Shown in pieces: positions 55,300-64,000 of a DNA stretch of 64,000 nt. The position numbers were made by a program, and so were the translations under genes. Each line of letters opens with the position of its first letter. Positions within the stretch are counted from its first letter, which is position 1. The notes under the pieces are model-generated. The model searched no databases and was not told the DNA's origin. It saw only the letters and a program-made list of their open reading frames with translations. Source of the stretch: Octopus sinensis (taxonomy: Eukaryota). The stretch spans positions 142,600,001 through 142,664,000 of the forward strand of contig NC_042999.1 of assembly GCF_006345805.1 (NCBI RefSeq), read 5' to 3'.

Positions 55300-55895
55300 C
55301 GTCACACAGTATACAATATTGTGAGGTTGTTGATTGAAGATATTGGGTTTGTACTGTTTGTCAAATCACAAGGACTTCAGACAGACAGTACTTTACACAA
55401 TATGCGTGCAGTTCCAAGTAATGCCAACTGTTGCAATATACCTAGGTTGTAGGGTAACGTTTTCAGATGTATTTTTAGATTGGGTGGTATTGAACCTAAT
55501 GATCCGGTGACAATAGAGATAACATTTATGTTTGACTCTCGTAGCTGCCTCATCTTAGTGATCTCAATTCTCAGGTCTCTATATTTATCAACCTTTTATC
55601 TTTCTTTCATAATGATATGTTGACTTCCTGGCACTGCCATGTCGATTATTAGTCACTCTTGTTTGTCCCTCCTAAAGGTTACTGTATCTAGCCTTCGGTG
55701 CTCTAATACCTTGTCTGTCTGGAAGTCAAAGTCTCAGAGGATTTTTGCCTTCCCTCTTCGACCATTATCTTTTCCGGTGTATCTTGGTACCGAGCACCCG
55801 TAACCTCATATCCATACTTACGGCATAGTAGCCAATGGAGGTTTTGGACAACCTTGTCGTGTCTACGCTTGTAATCTTTCTGCGCAAGACTTTCA
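55300..55895 (-). mobile_element. Another R4/Dong-like 3' fragment, in tandem
   Basis: Minus translation KRRHDKVVQNLHWLLCRKYG...DFDFQTDKVLEHRRLD; ends at (TAA)n. Confidence 0.8.
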
Positions 55896-56360
55896 CAAAT
55901 ATCTAGATGTTCACTTCATGGGACATTCCTAAGAGATGAATCCCAAATTTGTGGTTTATGAGGATTTACACGACTAGTCAGTATCCTTCCTGTCTCCCCA
56001 ATGTAGATTTCATTGCACTGTGAGCATGTAATGCAGTAGATGAGTTTTTTTGTTTTGTAATTCATGTTTGCATTCACTTTTAATTCCTTCATATTCTTGA
56101 ATTTTTGGTTGTCCCTAGCTCAATTCACATTTCCCACAACGGGGGTCTCCACAGTTGGTTACTTGCATCGTTTCTTTTTCAAATATGAATTTCGCCTTTG
56201 TTAGAAGTCTCTTGAGGTTTGGTGGTTGTCTTTGACTGTTGATAACCTGTGATCTTTTAATTATTCGTTGGAGATTTGGTGATTGATATAGACTTGGGAG
56301 GTATTGTTTGGCTGAGTGCAGGATTTTGTGGTGTCTAGGATTGTGGATGACTACAAATGA
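55895..56360 (-). pseudogene. PLE GIY-YIG endonuclease fragment
   Basis: Minus translation LIYCITCSQCNEIYIGETGRILTSRV. Confidence 0.8.
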
Positions 56361-56637
56361 AATATTTGTATTTATATTTTTGTTTTCACACCCAGAAAAA
56401 CAATAAAACTACAAAAATAACAACTTCCTCTTTCAAACATTATTCAAGAACACATGTGTTTGAAAAGATAATCGAAATTGCTTACACACACTAGAAAGAA
56501 ACTCCTTCCACAAAGATTAGTAACGTTCTGATAAAGAATTTATAACTCAAAATGTAAATAAATAATTTTAAAAAATCTTTTTCATACTTAGTAAAACTGT
56601 ATCAAGTCTTTTAAACACACACACACACACACATACA

Positions 56638-56681
<44 letters not shown>

Positions 56682-56873
56682 ATATAATATATATAATATA
56701 TATAAATGTACACACATGCAACATATATACATACATACTTGCATGTATACGTACATATACTATTTAAAACAAAATTAAGCTGAAAGAAATTACTCAGATT
56801 GGCCAGAGGCTTTTATACGAGCAACATAGATAAATACAGGTAGATCGAAGCCATAAATTCCTGATTTATCGAA

Positions 56874-56954
<81 letters not shown>

Positions 56955-57180
56955 ATATATATATATTCCAAGAAAGTTAGAGGTTGTGAATCCAACCAAC
57001 TAAGGGATAATACCTCAATTTCATCTACTTATTACTTTCGTAATGCGGCGGATTCTTGTACTACGCAAAATGGTGTCACTTCCATGAAAAATCAATAGAA
57101 CGATTTGTGGTTTGTAGAACGTATTTCACATAAAAAAATGTGCATATCTCTGGTGGGTGAACTTGGTGTGTTCGTATCTA

Positions 57181-58488
57181 TTGGGTTGGCAACTGAGTTC
57201 CCGCCGTTTTTTTAAATTATGGAATTTATTGCGCTTTTAAATTTTGGAATCTATTTTTTTCGAGAATTCTATTTTTGAATCATTTTGGAATCTATTTTGT
57301 TTTTGTTTTTTTTTGTTTTTTTCTAGGTAATTTTAGTTAACTTTTGTTTATTTTCAGATCATTAAAATGGAATGTCAAGTTAAGAAAAACGAGCATTTTC
57401 GACACTTCCTTCTTTTTGCTTTTAATCAAGGATCTAAGGCCACAAAAGCTGCCCGCGACACTTGTACTGTGTATGGAAAGGTTGCCATAGCTGAAAGAAC
57501 CGCTCGTGATTGGTATGCCAAGTTCAAAATGGAAATTTTGACCTCAAAGACGCACCTAGTTCTGGCCGTCCAGTTGAGTTCGAAGAAGAGCGATTAAAAC
57601 AACTTTTGCGCGAAAATTCTCGTCAAACGACAAGGGAAGTGGCAGAGAAAATGGAATGCTCCCACACTGCTATAGAGAAGCATCTTCACTCGATAGGAAA
57701 GGTTCAGAAGTATGGAGCATGGGTTCCGCATGCTTTAAGTGACAACAACAAAAATCAACGAGCCACAATCTCTGCTGGTTTGCTTGCTGGTCACCGCTCA
57801 ACTCATGGACACAAGCGACGATTTTTTACCGAATCGTTACTAGCGACGAAAAATGGTGCCTGTACATCAATATAAAGCAGCGTAAGGAATGGTTAGCCCC
57901 AGTAAACAAGCGAAACCGCGCATGAAACAAGATCTTCATCCGCGTAAAACGATGTTGTGCGTATGGTGGGACTGGAAAGGGATTATCAATTACGAATTGC
58001 TTGAACGGAACCAAACGGTCGATGCGGAACTATGTTCAACGGATGGAACGACTCAACACGGCTATTCAAGAGAAAAGACCTAATTGTTAGTATAGAGTTC
58101 TTCTGCTGCACGACAACGCCCGCCCTCATATCGCCAATATGACCAAGGAAGCCATTCAAACTCATTGCTGGGAAGCGCTGCCACACCCGCCGTACTCTCC
58201 TGATATGGTACCAACGGATTTCCACTTCTTTCGATCTCTTTCAAATGCTATGCGCGGAGTTTCGTTCAATACTGATGCAGAATTGAGAGCTTGGTTGGAT
58301 TAATTTTTCAAGTCGAAATCGGGTGATTTCTACCAACGAGGTACTGAAAATCTTGTTGAACGTTGGAAAGAAGTTGTAAACCACGAGGGTGAATACATTA
58401 TTGATTAATTAATTGTTATTTTTTTATTAAACCTTTTAAAAATTTTAATTAAAAAAGAAAAACGCTGGGAACTTAGTTGCCAACCCAA
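57181..58488 (+). mobile_element. Full-length mariner (DD34D) transposon, probably mellifera subfamily; transposase ~57367-58408 frameshifted
   Basis: TA|ttgggttggcaactgagttcc ... ggaacttagttgccaacccaa|TA; WVPHAL, TSDEKW, HDNARPH, HPPYSPDMVPTDF. Confidence 0.95.
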
Positions 58489-58999
58489 TAGTTTGCTTGG
58501 TTAAAAAGAATCGGAAGTTGTCAAATTGGTTAAATTTCATATGATCGGATGAGTCGAAATTTAATTTCCATCGGCTCTGATAGAAGAATCGCTACAGCTT
58601 TGGATATATTATATTACGTTATGCTATACGTTCCGGTTCATTGTGCTTTGAGTTTAAATCACGCCGAGTTCAACTATGGCTTTCGTCCTTTCAGGGTCGA
58701 TAAATAAAGTAACAGGCCAGGACAGTAGTGAGATGGTAGAATTGTTAGAATGTTTGGGAAAATGCCTTGTAGTATTTTTTCAAATGATCATTAGCATCGG
58801 CTGTTATTTTTACTCCAGACAATAAAAAAGGAAATCTGCAATACGGGCAAAGCTGGACTTAAAGTACACTCCGGTAATTTGGAACATGGAGAGTAACTTT
58901 CCTGCTGTGGTTATTTAATCTCACCAGACACATGATAGGCCTGAATATATAATAAATAATAAAACAACATTAACTCGTATTACATTTTGTGTTCTGGTG

Positions 59000-59280
59000 A
59001 TTTCTTGTGGTTCGTTAAGTTAATCTATTTTGTTTTATTGTAATGAAATGACATGGAAATTGTTTGATATTTTTCATTTTCCTTTGATATTCTTCAATTA
59101 CCCAAGCCAAAACAGATTTATGTTTCAAAAGCGTATGCAACATTATTTTACTCATTGCTTTATAACACAATAATTGTATTTTTATAATTTACATAAGTTC
59201 CGTTCAATCCTAACCGCTTTTTTAAAAATTAATATTACCTGGCAGAACAATCGTTTCACTTATCCCCAAAGGAATTTCGG
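59000..59280 (+). repeat. Diverged direct repeat of 60100-60380
   Basis: tttcctttgatat..ttcaattacccaa..aaaacagattta and tatcccca.ag.aatttc occur in both. Confidence 0.75.
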
Positions 59281-59630
59281 ATGCTTAACCAAGTAGTTAT
59301 GCCACATAATTTTATTTTCGCCTCTTTGTTGCCGATATTCCATTAGTTTTGAAAAAAAAATGCGTATTCTCTAAATATTCTTAAATTTAGATGGTATTTA
59401 TTTTTTATGATGTTCCTGATATTGTCAATAATTGCTCTTTACAAATTAAAAGTTTTTGCATTTAAAATTCCGAATTAAGAAAGAAAAATAATTATTTTTC
59501 ACTTCATATATAGTTGAATCTCAGGTGATTGAATAAATGAAAATAAATAATTGTCAGTATATTCGTCTTTAAATGAAAATTGAAGTAACACCTATGAATG
59601 AATGTATATATATGTATGTATGTATGTATG

Positions 59631-59664
<34 letters not shown>

Positions 59665-59738
59665 TGTATATATTTATATATGTATGTGTATATGTATGTA
59701 TGTATGCCTATATATGTATTTATATAGGTTTGTTTGTA

Positions 59739-59775
<37 letters not shown>

Positions 59776-59799
59776 GTGTATGTATATATCTGTATGCAT

Positions 59800-59913
<114 letters not shown>

Positions 59914-60758
59914 TGTGTGTGTCTATATGTATGCATATATGTATGCATATGTGCATGTCTGTATGCGTGCGTGTGTGTGTGCGTACGTGTGAGTGTATGC
60001 AGTCGACTCCGCTTATTTGCATAGCCTTAATAACTCAAAACCTTTATGCAATTAACTGAGTTCTTGCACAATGAGATATATAACGAAATTGTTCAGATAA
60101 TTTACTTGTGGTTCATTTAGTCCAAGCTATCAGGTTTTATGTAATGAATCGATATGAAAAATCGTTTGATATTTTTCAGTTTCCTTTGATATACTTCAAT
60201 TACCCAAACTAAAACAGATTTATATGTTTCGATAACATATGCACCATTATTTCACTCACTATTCCCTAACACAATAAATACGTACACTTATTTTACTTAG
60301 GTTCCATCTTATTCTAGCTGTCTATATTTATCATTGATATGAATCGACATGAGCCGTTTGACATATCCCCAGAGAAATTTCATTTTCCTTGATCTTCTTC
60401 AATTAATCAAGCTTTACTAGTCTCATACACCCTGGCAATAACTTTCACATACTTTGAATTACTTAATAATAATAATTAGTGCATTCTGAGTAATGAAAAA
60501 AATTAGATTAATCATAAGTTAATATGGTCAATAACGGACGCAACAAAACATGATCCGTTCACCGCTTGGTCCAGAGGTCATCGATAACGAATATTCATAT
60601 ATTTAAGAAATTACACCATAATATAAAACTTGATTGATTGAAATGGCGAGAATAATTTGAATACACTTGACTCATTTAACATCAGTTGGTTGTTAAGTTC
60701 TCATTAATGTCATTTGATTAGTCATAATAAAGACGGTGGCTTCCTGAACAGAATCACT

Positions 60759-60845
<87 letters not shown>

Positions 60846-60874
60846 TGTGTGTGTGTAAGACAGTGGGGAGGATG

Positions 60875-61060
60875 AATTGTTAGCATGTCGTACAGGATGC
60901 TTAGTGGTATTCCGTCTGGCTCTTTACGTTCTGAGTTCAAATTCCTTCGAGGTCAACTTTACTTTTCATCCCTTCACGTTTGACAAAATAAAGTACCAAT
61001 CAATTACTGAGATTGCTGTAACCGCCGTGATCCCTCCCCTAAAAAATGTTGCACTTGAAC
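60875..61060 (+). mobile_element. SINE family C, decayed
   Basis: ttacgttctgagttcaaattcc..gaggtcaacttt..tttcatcc. Confidence 0.7.
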
Positions 61061-61189
61061 CCTGCACGGGTTCTATTCAGGGGTAATGTTGTGATCGCGG
61101 TCACTCATACGTAACGGAAACCGAGTAACCGGCCTTATGAGACCTAAACAATACACACATGCACACACACACATGCCATAAGTAGAGAA

Positions 61190-61720
61190 AGATATCTAAT
61201 AGGCTCACGGTTAAAATCATATATTCTTGCCTCCTTATTGTAAATGTCTGTATTAATAAACAGCCGATGAGTCAGTCCTGTTCTGGATGCACATGCAGAG
61301 ATAAATCTAAATGTCCTCCAGGATGGACATGCGATATATGCTCCGTAGTTTATGAAGTACGGGTATCAGTAAATTATGCTAACGACCGAACAGAAACCAA
61401 GTATTACACTGGATCAACAGAAGTAAAACATAAATCCTGATACAACAACCATCTTTCAAACTTTAGACACCTTGAGAAGAGACATACAACGATCCTCTTG
61501 GCATTAATCTGGAAACTTAAGGATGAGAACGTCAGCTACAACATCAAATGGAAGATCCTTTCCAAGCCCAAACCCTACATTAATGGGTCAGAAAGATGTT
61601 TCACGCGCTCGCTTCAAAAATTGTATCTTTTCAAAACTTAAGAATCTCTAGTGACTGTGTAAATGCCATGAAAAAGATTTTTTCTTTGTGTCCGCATTTT
61701 AGAAAATACATCTTCATTGC
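61190..61720 (+). pseudogene. PLE C-terminal Cys motif + GIY-YIG endonuclease remnant
   Basis: CTCRDKSKCP..VVYE..YYTGSTE..YNNHLSNFRH..IWKLKDENVSYNIKWKILSKPKPYINGSERC. Confidence 0.82.
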
Positions 61721-61760
61721 CCACATTCGTGAAATTTCGCCTTTAAGTAGCTTGTATTAA

Positions 61761-61827
<67 letters not shown>

Positions 61828-62270
61828 AGGGGGAAGTGAATGGACCCTGGGTTTTCATTTAGGTACTGAAGTCTTTGCTCGAATGTTTCTGCTAGCTTCT
61901 TTCCTTCGCTCCCAAGAGTTTGCACTCCGAGATTTATGCGAGTCAGCTGTCAACTTCCGGACCATCTTGGGCCAAGCTCACAATTCAACTTAGATAACCC
62001 ATAAAACTAGCCTTTGTTACGGTGACATAGTTTAGCCATTGAATTGTAATAAATACGGCACAGTGCACAGAATATTTCCTTTCTTTCAGGTTCGACGCCT
62101 GTAGCAAAAAAGTGATATGCCTGTTTGCTCTCACCAGTATTGCCAAGGAGTTCAAATGTCTCTCTCTCTCTCTTCTTCCTTACGCCTCTCTCTCTACTCT
62201 CGGTGGCTGTCACAGATGTAATATATCCCTTTTACCCTCTCGGTAACTTTCAGAGATAAATTCTCTTTCG

Positions 62271-62357
<87 letters not shown>

Positions 62358-62421
62358 TTATATATATATATGTATACACACACACACACACACATATATA
62401 TATACATGGAAAAAAAAAGAA

Positions 62422-62625
62422 TAAAATGGAGAAATTGATATATAAACATCAGTTTATTCAAAGATATTCAACCAGTTTCAATATGAAAATTTTAAATTAA
62501 TTAAATTCAATTTCTATAATTAAATTAATTGGATATGGAAACGGCTGTAGGGATAAGAATTTCATATCATATTGATTTGAATATCTTTGAATAAACTGAT
62601 GCCTGTATGTCAATATCTCCATTTT
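62422..62625. repeat. Short element with ~48-bp inverted termini
   Basis: catcagtttattcaaagatattcaa / ttgaatatctttgaataaactgatg. Confidence 0.8.
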
Positions 62626-64000
62626 CTTTTTCTCATTCATACAAAACAAGTTCAAAATCAAAAGAAACGCGAATAAATGTTTTTAAGTAAACAAAAACAA
62701 AAGCAAAATGTATCTCTATTCTGGCACTCCGTGGATTATGACGACGAATGTTCCAGTTGAGCAGATCAATAGAACAGCCTACCCGTGAAATTAACGTGTT
62801 AATGACTGAAACCGCCATAGACGCGTACTCTTAATATAGTTTTAGGGAAATTCAGCGTGACACAAAATGTGACATGACTGGCCCCTTTGCATTACAGGTA
62901 CAAATCATTTTTTGCCATCTGAGTGGATTGGAGCAACCTGAAATAAAGTGTTTTGCTCAAGGACAGAATGCATCGATCGTGGGCCAAATACTCTAACCAC
63001 TTGGCCATAAGCTTTCACTAGTATCTGTGTTACAAACAATATAAACAATGTGTTTAAAATAATAATTTTATGCAAAGTTACCCTGATTAGAATTTGGCTA
63101 ATTAGCCAACAAACGAGTGCTTCATTTCCCGGGTAACACTGGTTGTCCTTCCACTAACTCTATTAAAATCTTCTTTCCGTCTTTCTTGGATGTTTACACC
63201 AGATGTTATTAGCTTCTCATCAATACACAAATAGTGTTTTTGTTCTCTTTACTTCTAATCTCAATTATTATTTCATAAACTTTTCTCATTGCTCAACTGT
63301 CTCTTGCAGTGAATAATTTATCTGTTCATCAACTTTCTTTTCGAAGGATATTCCTTTATTTCTTCTTAAATATCTTTTCATCTCTCTATCGAAACTCCAA
63401 TATTAGCGATTCAAAATCTACCACATTCCCTCTCCAACGTTCAACAATTTGGTTTTCTTCCTTTCATGCCTCAACAACTTCCCCTATTCCACCCGAAATA
63501 CATTTTCTTTAGCTTTCTTTTCTTTAATCCAGAACCCTCTCCATTAGATTCTGGTATTCTCCCTTTAAATTTCCCCCCGTGCCGTTGATTTCTACATCAT
63601 ATTCATCTGAAGCATTACAAATCGGTTTCAACATTCAATTACAAGTGTAACTTTAACTGTATCATACATGAACTTCTCTTGAACCAAGAATTTCTGTCTT
63701 CTTTGCTTTAGCCTTCAACTTTAACTGACCTGTTCCTATTTATAACTGATGGTTATTTCTGATATTTGTATCTAGCTATGTTCTAGTAATTCGGAGTCGG
63801 AATACATGTTCTATCAGCGATTTATCAAAATATTATTAATATGATTCCGATAGTTTTTTTTTTATTTGGATATTTCTGTGCATATTTATGAAATACATAT
63901 ATATTTATATATGCATATGAATTATATACATTGCAGCATGGGAGGTATTTATAAGCCATTTAAAAACACATAAAAATCGTTAGATTAATTTCAACATATA

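Overview
This is AT-rich, microsatellite-dense animal genomic DNA. The SINE families and repeat landscape suggest a cephalopod, probably Octopus (inference). No complete host protein-coding gene is visible, and almost all ORFs in the track are microsatellite artefacts. The window is mostly transposon-derived: CR1/L2-like and RTE LINE fragments, R4/Dong/NeSL-like RLE retrotransposons sitting in microsatellites, several Penelope-like element (PLE) fragments (RT and GIY-YIG), a full-length decayed mariner, a decayed hAT, several MITEs and at least four SINE families. The main hidden signal is about a dozen minimal type-I hammerhead ribozyme (HHR) motifs from several unrelated families. They lie in short non-coding fold-back or inverted-repeat elements, in a 1.2-kb PLE palindrome, and in a tRNA-headed SINE-like insert with a 14-bp TSD. 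Some have non-canonical cores (U3:A8; CUGAUGC). Also notable are a long-TIR element with a (TTAGGG)n core and an 8-bp TSD, and a candidate first coding exon on the minus strand at about 18.35 kb. Coordinates were read by eye, and decayed-element boundaries are approximate.
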